DNA from: Macrostomum lignano | Taxonomy: Eukaryota | DNA: 64,000 bases | Assembly: GCA_002269645.1 (NCBI GenBank) | Contig: NIVC01000251.1 | Span: 62,001-126,000, forward strand | Reading direction: 5' to 3' | In this document: positions 46,432-59,758 of the stretch, in pieces | Layout: each line of letters starts with the position of its first letter | How positions within the stretch are numbered: the first letter of the stretch is position 1 | The notes under the pieces: generated by a model | Told to the model about the DNA's origin: nothing | Databases searched by the model: none | What the model saw: only the letters and a program-made list of their open reading frames with translations | Program-made: the position numbers and the translations under genes

Positions 46432-49400
46432 CATCAGCAGCAACATATAGAGGCCGCTATCTACTTTGGAAACTTATTGCATGGTAAGAATCTCTTATGT
46501 TTGACTGTATACATAGTGCATGCATTATTTGTTACTGCATACTTTGGAATATTACTGAAACCCCTCCCAAAATATATGCAGGCGAAATGAAATGGCGCCC
46601 CTTATAATGGAACGGCGCCCCCTCAAATGAAATGGCGCCTCCAATCAAATGAAATGGCGCCCCCCTCAAATGGAATGGCACCCCCCTCAAATGGAATGGC
46701 GCCCCCCTCAAATGGAATGCGCCCCCCTCAAATGGAATGGCGCCCCCCTCAAAAGGAATGGCGCCCCCCTCAAAAAAAATGGCGCCCCCCTCAAATGGAA
46801 TGGCGCCCCCCTCAAATGGAATGGCGCCCCCCCTCAAATGAAATGGCGCTCCCCTCAAATGGAATGGCGCCTCCAATCAAATGAAATGACGCCCCAATCA
46901 AAACAAAATGGCGCCCCTCAACACCACTCGCACCCACTCCAATGAATATGTGGCATCACGAGTTGAATTTTACATATCTTACTTAAGACTGAGATAATAA
47001 TTTTAACAAGATCAACTCACAGATGCCTTCAGTTGGTGATTTTTATGAACAAATTTAAATTAGGCTATTCATACTCATGTATGAATAGATTGAGACAGCT
47101 TACAAGAATACTTGTATAACCCCAACCCAATGCAGTGATTTTGTGAAGTGCGGCCACTTATTGTCAATGCTATCATAATAATCCTACATAACATAGCTGG
47201 GGATTTCAAGTCCTTTGTCTTCAATTTGATTCTCCAACAGGGTTGGGCCGTTGAAGGGGGTCGTGTTGGTTAATTTTGTCTTAAGTATTACATCTATTAT
47301 AAGAACTCTGAGTCCTAACTGAATTGGACACTTAGGGTAAGAATGAATATGAAGTGTTCTCAAATCTTTTACGGTCGGGGAGCTAATTAAAACTGGAATT
47401 TCTAACATTTCTATAACATCTATAAGGCAGTTTCACAATTCTAAATTCCTGTTATAACAAAAAAGTCAAAGACCTGTTCAAGCATTCCACTTCAATTGAA
47501 GGGCAGGGCGAGTCTGGTTTGAATAACCAATTAGTTGAAATTGTTAAAGTTGTGAATGATTCCAAATCGGTGAATAATAGCGAATGAAAAGAGGTGTCAA
47601 AAATTGTGGGCAAGTTTAATTGCTGTTAAAATCTTTCAGCTAATCTAACAATTGAACTGGAATTAGAATGGCTGTCGAGAATGAATATTCAAATGGGAAA
47701 ATTTCGCTTATAAAAGTGTCTAAATTCCGAGAGGGCATTGTCACGCGGTATAGTTCAGTTACAATGACTGGGATGTCTTGCTGACAATGGCTATAGTTGC
47801 ATTGTGTTGTGTGCTGTGGTCAACTGCAGGCAGGCCACGTATCTCACACTTGGTGTCTAATTGATCCTTACACGATTGGTTGCGTAATCTCCATGAGGTA
47901 GTATATCTAGCATAATATTGTTGAGTTTGAGTCTGTTGTGTACACAGCTAATCTATATTTGTTTAAATTATAACCGTCTTAAATGGCGAAAGCATGCTTG
48001 GAAGATTCGTGTTGAGGTGGGACAGATGGTGCCAAATTTAGGTGATAATACTCTTTGTCATGACGACAAGATATTGTAGTTGTTAGCTGATGCTGTTTGA
48101 AAGAGGTTTGGGAAGAAAGAGAAAAGAGAGAAGAGAAGAGAAGAGAGGAGAGAGAGGAGAGGAGAAGAGAGGAGAGAGAGGAGAGGAGAAGAGAGGAGAG
48201 AGAGAAGAGGAGAAGAGAGGAGAGAGAGGAGAGGTGAGGAGAATAGAGGAAGGAAAGGAGAGGAGAGGAGAGGAGAGGAGAATAGAGGAAGGAAAGAAGA
48301 GGAGAGGAGAGGAGAGGAGAGGAGAAGAGAGGAGAGAGAGGAGAGGAGAAGAGAGGAGAGAGAGGAGAGGAGAGGAGAGGAGAGGAGATGAGAGAGAGGA
48401 GAGAGAGGAGAAGAGAGAGATGAGATGAGCTAAGTGAGACTCACAAGCCGTCCCCAGCAACAGCCCCAGCGCAGTCTCTTTCACCCCATCCCTCACAAAA
48501 CCCACCCGCAGGCGGCTGTCCCAGCCTGCCGCCGCTGCCTCCGCCACCTCACTCGATGTCAAGCGGCACCTCAGTTGGAGTCTCCATGCCGCCGAGCTCC
48601 GCCCTGGCAACCACAGCCATCGCCGAATCCGCTGCAAACTTCTACCAGCCTCCGCATCAGCAGCCGCACCATCAGAGCCAGCATCCTCATCCTCATCATC
48701 ATCATCAGCAGCAGCAGCACTTTGCCATGCTTCAGCAGCACTGCGGAGCCGCTGCAGCCGCAGCTGCCGCCGCCGCGGCCGCCGCAGCATTTCGAGGCAA
48801 GCCGCGTCGCGGGATGCTCAGACGGGCGGTGTTCAGCGACCAGCAGCGGAAAGGCCTGGAGAAGATGTTCCAGCGGCAGAAGTACATCAGCAAGCCCGAC
48901 AGGAAGAAGCTGGCTGACAAACTCGGATTGAAAGACTCGCAGGTGAGTGCATAGAGAGAGACTTGCTCTTTGCGGAGGGTGATAAAAGTATCGGTGAAAT
49001 TGCGATTATTTTGATATTTTGAGTTCAGGGGCTAAGTTTTCATGAGATGAAAAGGAATTGAAGTTTATTGCCAAAAGACTAGATTATAATGAGATTTGCG
49101 TGTGATTCAGGTAAGATTTAGGTGAGATTCGGGTGAGATTTGGGTGAGATTCGGGTGAGATTTGAGGGAGATTTTGGTGAGATTTGTGTAAGATTCGGGT
49201 GAGATTTGTGTGAGATTCGGATGAGATTTGTGTGAAATTCGGGTGAGATTTGTGTGAGATTCGGGTGAGATTTGTGTGAGATTCGGGTGAGATTTGTGTG
49301 AGATTCGGATGAGATTTGTGTGAGATTCGGGTGAGATTTGTGTGAGATTCGGGTGAGATTTGTGTAAGATTCGGGTGAGATTTGTGTGAGATTCGGGTGA

Positions 49401-51263
49401 GATTTGGGTGAGATTCGGGTGAGATTTGTGTGAGATTCGGGTGATATTTGGGTGAGATTCGGGTGAGATTTGGGTGAATGTGGTCAAAATTTGGCCAAGT
49501 ACTATTTCGGCAGATTATAGGGATTTAATGGCCAAAATGGTAAAAATAGCCGTATTTTATCAGCGTTTCAAAATTCTTTCCACAGCATTGAGTTTCGTTG
49601 CTCAGAAATGTTTTCGTGGTCTCAAATTGATTGAATAAAAATTTGGGGTCTAACAATCTGCTCTCTCTCTCGCCCCAGATTTTCTTTATAATCCTTTCCC
49701 AAAAGCTATACGCCACAATGTGAATTGCAGCAATTTTAACACCTATAAAGTAACCTAGCCAGATCAGTTTACAACTAGAAGTTAAGTCAATTTTAAAGGG
49801 CCTTTCTGGCTCCTGTTTGATTGTTCTGTAATCGATCTGAATTCATGACTCTTTAATAGGCCCCGCTGAGGTGTGAGAAAATGCAGGCTAAATTCTCCCC
49901 TAGGACCCCTGTAATAACGGGATTAAGAAATTCAAGACACAATTTCTGCTGCCCCATGTAGAGAAACCGAATACTTGAGAGAACAATTTCTTGAGAATAT
50001 GACGGTTTTTGCTTCAACATCTCAATTGAGTTCTTTAACCCCCCTTTTTCAATATAGTATTATCCTAGCTACCAAATGGACCCGGAGCTAGCCCTGTACC
50101 ACGTGGTTTAATACCATTGTTTACACTCCCAATGCCCGCCAGCCCTGAGCCCCGCTGATGAGGGAGGTGAAGAGGGAGTGAAGGAGAAGGTTGGTAAGAA
50201 AATAATCCCATCTAATAGGACTTCATCAAGTGAGTTTTGCGGAATTGAACAAATTTTATATAACTGCTGTGATGACAAGTCGTTGACTTCTGACTCTCGG
50301 CGGGTTCCACCGAAGTCCCCGGCTATGGGCAAACATTTGAATTTCAGCTAGAGCGGACGGGTTCATTCTCTAGTTAGGGCAAACACAGCTCAGTATAAAT
50401 GCATGGGAATGAAATTAACAATCTTCCCCATAGGCCAAAGACTGAATTTATAGTTTCCTAGAGACCGCTTGTCTATATACACGCCAGTTTTGATGAGATG
50501 TTTGATTTTAGTCAAGGTTTTTTGATGTGGAACAAATATCCTCTCCATCTGTGTTCTTGACAACTGTTTCCTGAGAACGATCAAACTCAAACTAGGGTTG
50601 GAAATGCAACCAGCAATGACTTGTTGGAATGCAGAGTTTGCCTTCGAGAAAATGTTCTAACTCAAAGAAATAATTTGGGCTCCTCATCGAATGGCCTCAT
50701 AGAATAGCGCTTATACAATGGCGGTTATAGAATGACGTTCATAGGATGACGTTCATAGAATGACGCTCATAGAATGACGCTCATAGAATGACGCTCATAG
50801 AATGACGCTCATAGAATGACGCTCATAGGATGACGTTCATAGAATGACGCTCATAGAATGACGCTCATAGAATGACGCTCATAGAATGACGCTCATAGAA
50901 TGACGCTCATAGAATGACGCTCATAGGATGACGTTCATAGAATGACGCTCAAAAAACGGCGCTCATGAAATGACGCTCAAAGAATGACGCTCATACAGTT
51001 TCCCCACCAACTCGTTCTCTAACCAATAGGTGAAAATCTGGTTTCAAAACCGACGCATGAAATGGCGCAACTCCAAGGAGCGCGAACTCCTGACCTCTTC
51101 GTCCGGATCGTCGGTCAGGAAAGACTCCTCGTCAATTGCGGCTGGTTCAGGCGCCGCCAATGTTGAATGTCTGCAGGATGCCGGGAGACCCGACAGCTTT
51201 GAATACGAAATGCAGTTGGCTGGCGAGACAGCGCCTGAACTGGCAACCGATGAGGACCACTGA
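45330..51263 (+). CDS. Dbx: Dbx homeobox transcription factor; exons 45330-45576, 46298-46483, 48458-48942, 51030-51263 (383 aa)
   Basis: KPRRGMLRRAVFSDQQRKGLEKMFQRQKYISKPDRKKLADKLGLKDSQ|VKIWFQNRRMKWRNSKERELL is diagnostic for DBX; eh1 motif LKFGMSAIL. Phases 1,1,0 consistent; exon 3 acceptor could be 48458, 48464 or 48470 (all in frame). Confidence 0.95.
45640..46140. repeat. 19-bp minisatellite (CTACCTAATAAACTACCAT), Dbx intron 1
   Basis: Direct reading. Confidence 0.95.
46585..46918 (+). repeat. 20-bp AAATGGCGCCCC family array, Dbx intron 2 (inverted sister at 44900-45075)
   Basis: Direct reading. Confidence 0.9.
48108..48425. repeat. (GAGAG/GAGGA)n purine tract immediately upstream of Dbx exon 3
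   Basis: Direct reading. Confidence 0.95.
49105..49480. repeat. 22-bp minisatellite (GAGATTCGGGTGAGATTTGTGT), Dbx intron 3
   Basis: Direct reading. Confidence 0.94.
50730..50995. repeat. 14-bp minisatellite (CATAGAATGACGCT), Dbx intron 3
   Basis: About 18 copies ending about 35 nt before the acceptor at 51029. Confidence 0.94.
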
Positions 51264-51587
51264 TTGACTGATTGATTGATATAGTAATTTTATGGTCTTT
51301 GTCTTTTACTCTATGTTTAAGTTAAAGTTAAATTATGTTTCATTTTCATAACAGTTTAAAACATTTTTGCCGCGTTTTTTTCTCTTGTCGTATATAGAAA
51401 TTCGTCATTGACCTCCTATATTTGCATTGTAGTCAGTTTGCCTTTTCTTAGTTACTATCGCTGACCATGTACATCTATTATCCTATTAGCTTGTTTAAGT
51501 TCGCTTGCACTTATAATTCTCCGCAAGGGATACTGTTTCTTAGAATCGATGTAAATACACGCAGAAGTAGGTTTTTCAAACTTTAAT

Positions 51588-52530
51588 GTCAGTCAGCATC
51601 AAACTTGGGTTGTCAGTGGGTTGTCAGTCAGCATCAAACTTGGGTTGTCAGTGGGTTGTCAGTCAGCATCAAACTTGGGTTGTCAGTGGGTTGTCAGTCA
51701 GCATCAAACTTGGGCTGTCAGTGGATTGTCAGTAGGCATCAAGCTTGGGTTGTGTCAGTAAGCATCAAGCTTGGGTTGTGTCAGTAAGCATCAAGCTTGG
51801 GTTGTGTCAGTAAGCATCAAGCTTGGGTTATGCCAGTAAGCATCAAGCTTGGGTTGTGTCAGTAAGCATCAAGCTTGGTTTGTGTCAGTAAGCATCAAGC
51901 TTGGGTTGTGTCAGTAAGCATCAAACTTGGGTTGTCAGTCAGCATCAAACTTGGGTTGTCAGTCAGCATCAAACTTGGGTTATCAGTCAGCATCAAACTT
52001 GGGTTGTCAGTCAGCATCAAACTTGGGTTATCAGTAAGCATCAAACTTGGGCTGTCAGTGGGTTGTCAGTAAGCATCAAACTTGGGTTGTCAGTAAGCGT
52101 CAAACTTGGGTTGTCAGTCAGCATCAAACTTGGGTTATCAGTAAGCATCAAACTTGGGCTGTCAGTGGGTTGTCAGTAAGCATCAAACTTGGGTTGTCAG
52201 TAAGCGTCAAACTTGGGTTGTCAGTCAGCATCAAACTTGGGTTGTCAGTCAGCATCAAACTTGGGTTGTCAGTAAGCATCAAACTTGGGTTGTCAGTAAG
52301 CGTCAAACTTGGGTTGTCAGTAAGCATCAAACTTGAGTTGTCAGTCAGCATCAAATTTGGGCTGTCACTGTCAGTAAGCATCAAACTGAGCTGTCAGTGG
52401 GTTGTCAGTCCGCATCAAATTGGGCTGTCAGTAAGGGTCCCGCTTCCGTGTCAGTGGGTTGTCAGTCCGCATCAAATTGGGCTGTCAGTAAGGGTCCCGC
52501 TTCCGTGTCAGTGGGGTGTCAAACGCGGGT
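51588..52530. repeat. 24-bp family minisatellite (GTCAGTCAGCATCAAACTTGGGTT) with 35-37-bp variants
   Basis: Direct reading. Confidence 0.93.
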
Positions 52531-53679
52531 TGTCAGGCTTGCATGTGACGCTAGTTTAAAATACACACAATGGCACGCAATTTGTTTTCGCCCATCTGCT
52601 CACAAAATGATGGATGCTTGAGCTGATTATAAATCTAGCGAGTTAATTAACTTAATATTTAATCTTCAAGTTAAAGGCTTATTATTTTTGTTGAATTTTG
52701 CATTTTGTTATTAAGCACATTTTGATGGAATATTTCTGCTATATTAATAATAATCTGATTCCATAACGGAAATCCTTGGGAATTGGCGTTTAGCTAAAGT
52801 ATATAGATCCATTTAATTGCAGTCATCAATCTTGCAGCTGTCGATTCAATCAAGGCTTAGATGGGGAAAAATTCATTTTCGAAAACTGACACATTCGACT
52901 CGCACTCAAACCTCTCCCGCCTCTAGCGCTTTAATTGCCTTTCCATCAAAATTTGGCGCAAATCTTCTTCTTATAGAATTGAGCGGAGGCTCTCAAGTGC
53001 GTCAAACCTACAGGAGCCGCACTGAGTATGAAAACATGCGGCATGTATGCAGGGGATGTTGATGATTAAATTACAGTAATTCGTCTTTATGAAGTAGACA
53101 GAGGGGTAGATGATGAGCAGTAGATGTGTCAGATACACACGCAGATTTGATTGAATGATAAGCAATCCCTGTTATCGGCATTGATGCAAGTTTAGTTAAC
53201 AGTCTCCATGCTCGAAATAGACAGAGAGATGACACACGCGTTACGCGGGTTAAATACACAGTTTATATGTTGAACACATTTTCTCCATGCTTTTATAATA
53301 AGATATTTACGCAACTAAGGCCTTTATTTAAACAAGAATTGAACCCCCCCCCCGATCAGCGCCCGTAGCGTAGCCTAGTAACAACACGGCGCAACACACA
53401 AAAACAAATATGACACGGCCGCTAAAAGGTGTTTGAAATGAGGCTAGCGGACTATCAATATACAATTTTGTATCTTATGGTCTACAGGTGTCAAGTCTAA
53501 TTATTATAGAGCGCACATGTAAACTAATTAACGTGTTAAATTAATTTTACGTTGCTATACAACTAATAGACTTGTATAGAATTTGTTTGTGGCTTTTTAT
53601 ATAGAATTATTGTTTTAATTACAATTGATATGTAAATATATAACTTATAGTAGCAATCTAATAAACATGTATCTTAAGA

Positions 53680-54368
53680 AGCCCAAATGGCATTATTAGT
53701 GGGAGGCCAAATGGCATTAGTGAGAGCCAAAATGGCATTAGAGAGAGCCAGAATGGCATTAGAGAGAGACAGAATGGCATTAGAGAGAGCCAGAATGGCA
53801 TTAGAGAGAGCCAGAATGGCATTAGAAAGAGCCAGAATGGCATTAGAGAGAGCCAGAATGGCATTAGAGAGCCAGAATGGCATTAGAGAGAGCCAAAATG
53901 GCATTAGAGAGCCAGAATGGCATTAGAGAGAGCCAAAATGGCATTAGAGAGAGCCAAAATGTCATTAGAGGAAGCCAAAATGGCATTAGAGAGAGCCAAA
54001 ATGGCATTAGAGAGAAAGCCAAAATGGCATTAGAGAGAGCCAAAATGGCATTAGAGAAAGCCAAAATGGCATTAGAGAGAGCCAAAATGGCATTAGAGAG
54101 AGCCAAAATGTCATTAGAGGAAGCCAAAATGGCATTAGAGAGATCCAAAATGGCATTAGAGAGAGCCAAAATGTCATTAGAGGAAGCCAAAATGGCATTA
54201 GAGAGAGCCAAAATGGCATTAGAGAGAAAGCCAAATTGGCATTAGAGAGAGCCAAAATGGCATTAGAGAAAGCCAAAATGGCATTAGAGAGAAACCCAAA
54301 ATGGCATTAGAGAGAGCCAAAATGGCATTAGAGAAAGCCAAAATGGCAATAAGGGAGCCAAAATGGCA
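53680..54368. repeat. About 21-bp minisatellite (AGAGCCAAAATGGCATTAGAG)
   Basis: Direct reading. Confidence 0.94.
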
Positions 54369-55184
54369 CTTGATATGCTAAACTGCAGTCTAGTGTAAAT
54401 GATAGGTTAAAGATGCTGCTATTTTGATGATTTTTAAAAATTTTAAAAGTTCACTTACTTTTGACGCAGTTAAACTACAAATGTATTGTTAACTCTTCAT
54501 ATTGGGGTCTTCTTTAAATGAAATAACTAAGACAATCAATCCACCATTCCTCCAAATATTTTAACGCGTTAAACAAAAGCTACAATTACAAAGCAACAAC
54601 TTTGTTACTACTGATGACACGGGACTAATGAGTAGTGAACCAAGTTTTATTAAACTAAAAATGTTTGAAATTTAAGTGCACAATAGTCATTTAGTTATGA
54701 AACGAACTTAAAGAAATTAAATTAGAGAAAAAAGAGAAATTCATTGCAATGTACATTAGAAAGGTAATTAGAATATTGTAGTTACTGTACATTAAAATAT
54801 ATAGGATACGCAATTAACAATTTTATAGCATAGTAGGTAAAACAACACTGAATTTGGATTCGCTACAGAGGGGATAACAAAAATATGACAGATTATTACT
54901 AATATGTACATTATCTCTGGAACAGACTTAAGCAGAGTCGGTCGGGTTTAACGTGTCAGTGGTGGGGATACAGAGAAACGCGCGCGCATATTGGTACAAT
55001 GTGAAAACAAGGCGATGAAGGCTTTTAAAAAATAATTAATATATTTATATGACAGAATATGAATTATGAACATTGCCCATCAGCATATAGCAGTCAAATA
55101 ATTAACATGAGAACGCATTTAAGTAGTATAATATATGCAGCTGGGTTATGCGGGAATGGGAAGGGGATTTAGAGATCGGATTTA

Positions 55185-55975
55185 GATTATTAGAGATTAG
55201 ATAGAAGAAAAAAAGAAATGAAAGATATTGAACAGATTAAATGAGTTTACAGACAGAGTGGGAGATTTGAGATGGGGAGGTAGGATATGGGGGGTTTAGA
55301 TATAAGAGATTATATATGGCGACAGAGATTGGAGATTTGGGTGAGAGATTAGATATGGAAAGAGAGATTGGATGAAGAGAGATTAGATATAGGAAGAGAA
55401 ATTAAGTATGGGGATAGAGATTAGATATGGGGGAGAGATTAGATATGGGGAGAGATTAGATATGGAGAGATTAAATATAGGGAGAGAAATTAGATACGGA
55501 AAGAGAGATTAGATACAGGTAGAGAAATTAGATATGGGGAGAGAGATTAGATAAGATATGGGGAGAGAGATTAGATATGGGGAGCGAGATTAGATATGGG
55601 GAGAGAGATTAGATATGGGGAGAGAGATTAGATATGAGAAGAGAGATTAGATATGGAAAGAGAGATTGTATGAAGAGAGATTAGATATAGGAAGAGAAAT
55701 TAAGTATGGGGATAGAGATTAGATATGGGGGAAAGATTAGATATGGGGAGAGATTAGAAATGGAGAGATTAAATATAGGGAGAGAAATTAGATACGGAAA
55801 GAGAGATTAGATACAGGTAGAGAGATTAGATATGGGGAGCGAGATTAGATATGGGGAGAGAGATTAGATATGGGGAGAGAGATTAGATATGGAGAGATTA
55901 GATATAGGGAGAGAAATTAGATATGGAAAGAGAGATTAGATATACGCGAAGAGAGATTAGAGATGGGGAGAGATG
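55185..55975 (+). repeat. Degenerate about 19-21-bp array (GAGAGATTAGATATGGG); inverted sister at 56520-56945
   Basis: Direct reading; the sister array reads CATATCTAATCTCTC. Confidence 0.88.
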
Positions 55976-56097
55976 AGAGTTAACATTTGAGCGCAAAAAG
56001 CCGAGGCGATAAGATAGGTGATAAGAGCAATTAACAGACAACACCAAAGCGTTCACCTCAAGTAAAACATTCCCGCGAAAATTTTGCGCAGCCGCCA

Positions 56098-58737
56098 TCA
56101 ACCAAGGATGACCTCCTCGTCAGCCTCGGGCACCTCGACTGTTTCTAAGAAATGTTCGCGCACCTGCCGACCATGATCGAACCCAGGGTCCAGCATGCCG
56201 ACCGGTGCCCGTCCGAGTTGGTTTCGGAGTTTCCTTGGCCTACCAACCGATCGAGTGGTGGCCGCGGCGGACGAGATGATGGCCGTTGGGGACACCCCAA
56301 CAGGCAGCTGCTGGCTTGGCTTGGCGTGGGTCAGAGCGTGGGTCCGCAGGTTCGTTCTCTGGCCAAACCGCCGGTCGCAGACCTTGCTCGGGGTAGAATA
56401 GTAGAACATATAATTAATAATTAATAATTAAACATGGCCTTTAATAGTATCATTAATTTAAATACATCTTTTTACAAATTAATAATAACTCCCTACTTCT
56501 AATTTCTATCCCCACACCGAATCTATCCCCAATTCTAATTTCTCTCCCTATCTCTAATCTCTCTTCATATCTAATCTCTCATGCAAATCTCTAATCTCTA
56601 TCAACAAACCTAATCTCCCCACGTCTAATCTGTCACCATATCTAATCTTTCTCCCTATCTTTAATCTCTCTCTCTCTTCATATCTAATCCCTATCGCTAT
56701 CTCTAATATCTCTCTCCATATCTAATCTCTCTACTTATCTCTAATCTCTATCTCCATATCTAATCTTTCTCCCTATCTCCATACCTAATCTCTTCCTTAA
56801 TCTCTATCTCTCTCCACATATCTAATCTTTCTCTTTATATCTAATCTCTGACCCCATGTTTTATCTCTCTTCCTATATTAAATTATCTCTCATACCTAAT
56901 CTCTCTCCCAATCTCTAATCTCTGTACCTGTCTCTAATCTCTCATTCTGCACAAAGCAATCTAATCATGAAACCCCAATAAAATTATGCAATCACCTGAC
57001 ACTTAAACGGCTTCACTCCCGTATGCGTCACCATATGCTTGTTAACGTCTCCCTTGTCAGCGAATCGTTTCTGACAGATCGGACAGGGGAACTGCCTCTG
57101 ACCGGTGTGGCAGGTCAGGTGTCGGCGCAGATTAGTGTGCTGGTGAAAGCATTTGGCGCAGTAGGCGCACTGGTAGCATCTCTGATCCCCTCTGCCGCCT
57201 GTCTTCCTCAGCCGATGCACCGACTTGACGTGGTTGGCCAGCAGATGGGATTCAGCGAACGCCGACTGGCAAATGGCACAGATGCACGGCCGAGAGAACG
57301 ACGAGCCGGAGCCGACTCCGACATCATCAGCCATCGGATCGTCGCCATCCTCGTCGCTGGCATCATTCTCGTCGTAGCCGTCGTCTTCATCGGACTCATC
57401 CTGAGCAGACTGGTGCGCGTCCTCTGAGTGCCGTTTGAGTCCAGCCAGGCTGGGGAACCACCGACCGCAGCGGGGGCACTCGTAACTACCCGGATGGCTC
57501 AACAGGTGCCGGCGTAGTTCGGCCTCATCAACAAACCGACGATCGCACAGGGTGCAACGAGGACCGCTAATATTTTTATTAATATTACTATTGGTAGTAG
57601 TATTATTATTAAGACTTCTAAGCCGACGCTGCTTCTTTGGAGACGAGCCAGCCTCTTCTCCTTCATCACCTTGATCGGGCCGAGCAGCAGTCTCAACTTC
57701 GACATCGTCAGCCGACTGTCCGCGGCTGCTGAATTGCAGCAGACGAGAGTCGCGCAGATGGGCCTGACGAACGTGACGGCTCAGGTATTCAACGCGAGCG
57801 TAGCAATTGCCGCATAGACGGCACTGGAATCGCTTGCGACTGCCTTCGGGTAGAAGCACCAGGGCGCTCTGCAATGCGTCGTGAACTGACAGAGGCTCCT
57901 GATTAGAATTAGCTTCATCATCTGGTTCCTTATCAACCAGTTCCGTTGGAGCTTTTCTAGGCGAACTGGACATTGCGGTGAAGCCTTCTTGGGCCGCTAC
58001 CAGAGCGCGAACCTTGAGAAAAAGAAGACAAAATATTGTTTTGATTATTGTGCTATGTGGTATTAATTACTTAGCCCACGGATTTAGCTTCAGATCTGGC
58101 GCCAAAATACCCTACAGTCTTGTAGCTTCAGATGTGACGCTAAAATACCCTACTCTCTCTTGTAGCTTCAGATCTAGCGCCAAAATCACGGGTCCTCTCT
58201 AGCTTCAGTCTGATGTCAGAAAACTAATTAGAATTGGAAAACTGGCATAACTAAAGTTAAAGACAGGTACAAACCGCTAACCTGACTGCCAACGCTATCC
58301 GACAATCTTTTAGAAGCGGTTGCAACCCGAATAGTCGATATTGGCGCAGTGGAGCTAACGGCAGTTGAATTAGTTGACATTGACACCGGTTTCACAGCCG
58401 ATCTGGGTATGCTGATAACACAGCAATTATTTCTTCGTTCCACTGTAATACCACTAGACAAAGTTGTAGCTGTATTGTTAGTAGAACCTACTATGCTACT
58501 AACAGTAGCTGGAGTCACTGCACCAACAGATTTTGACACTGTAGAACCGGAGGCGTCCGACAGTCGAGTAATTTTAGTTCCAACACTATCATTTGATGGT
58601 TCAATTTTCACTTGGACTACAACTGGTTTAGAGGTGCCACCACCCACGCTGGAGGCAGTGCTAAAGTGGCGAACCAGTGGAGGCGATGCAGAAGAAGAGA
58701 CTATTTCAACTCTTCTTGCTGCTGCTGTTGAAGACAT
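56098..58737 (-). CDS. C2H2 zinc-finger protein, 7 fingers; exons 58737-58282, 58012-56996, 56382-56098 (585 aa)
   Basis: Seven CxxC...HxxxH fingers with TGQRQF and TGVKPF linkers; the last finger is split KCQ|VCDRRF by a phase-0 GT-AG intron; 1758 nt in frame. Confidence 0.92.
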
Positions 58738-58970
58738 TCTTTTTGGTTTGCTTCTGTAGACTGTAGAATTATTGAGTCAATTTAGCATGAAATTACAAAA
58801 AGTACCAATTGTACACTATCATTAACTGAGTTTGTCTTATTATTGATTAACTACAAATTTTAACTATAGCTATTGAATATTTCAGTGATAAGTTAATAAG
58901 TTATTTTTCAATTCCACAGAGTACAAAGTTTTCTAGAAGTACAAACTTTTTTGTTCAAACTTTTGCTTTA

Positions 58971-59758
58971 GGCTCATTCCATATAAGATGGACATATTTG
59001 GAAAATAGAAAAAAGTCAATATTCTTTGCTTGCCATTGCCTAATTAGCCTATTTTTTTACCAAATGTTTATATTGTGCAATATATACAATCTAAGAATAA
59101 AGGAATGGTAAAATGTTGGATTAGTATGTTATCAATTGGCAAAAAGTCATTTTTGTAAAAAATTTGGACATTTTTCGAAGCAAAAGACATCATTAAGATT
59201 TTGTACCTTTTAAAAACAAATAGAAAGCTTTTGAAGGTTGAAACAAACTATAGATAAAAGTATAGTACTTGCATCATCAGATAAAAGCATTGGTGACCAA
59301 ATAATCTATTATATTTTTAATGTATTAGTACCTCAAAGTTACTGAATTGACAGAAAAAAATATGTTACGACCATAATGTTACGACCATAAGGCTGCCTTT
59401 TCTTTTGTATCTTTGTTGCCTTTTGAGTTTATATATTCTAATAAAAGAGTATGATTTCTAAAGATGTTCTTAGTCAAATTTTAAAAATGTATTGCAAAAT
59501 ATCAAAAATGAAAAATGTTATAAGACTTTTACCTTTTAGTTTCTATATGTCAAAAATCCTGTCGTTACAACCATAAGTGTCATTTAAGGTTTAATAGCAT
59601 CTATACTAATGATGATATCTATATGAAACTCTATAAATATATTCTAGACAAAATAATCTTTCATTTAAAATATTGGTTTAGTATATTCTATTATTAGATT
59701 TCATTTTATAAGTAAAAATAACCTGTCATGTTACGACCATGCTTATATGGAATGAGCC
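58971..59758. mobile_element. Non-autonomous DNA transposon, 788 bp, 17-bp perfect TIR (GGCTCATTCCATATAAG), TTTA duplicated on both flanks
   Basis: 58971-58987 equals the reverse complement of 59742-59758; TTTA at 58967-58970 and 59759-59762; internal GTTACGACCAT repeats. Confidence 0.85.

Noticed and set aside
47100-48060. Possible decayed LINE endonuclease on the minus strand in Dbx intron 2
   Set aside because: Only vague similarity across many stops; no diagnostic motif recovered.
58349-58759. Antisense ORFs over real exons (also 3880, 6062, 48083, 57023)
   Set aside because: Shadow ORFs of the sense-strand coding sequence.
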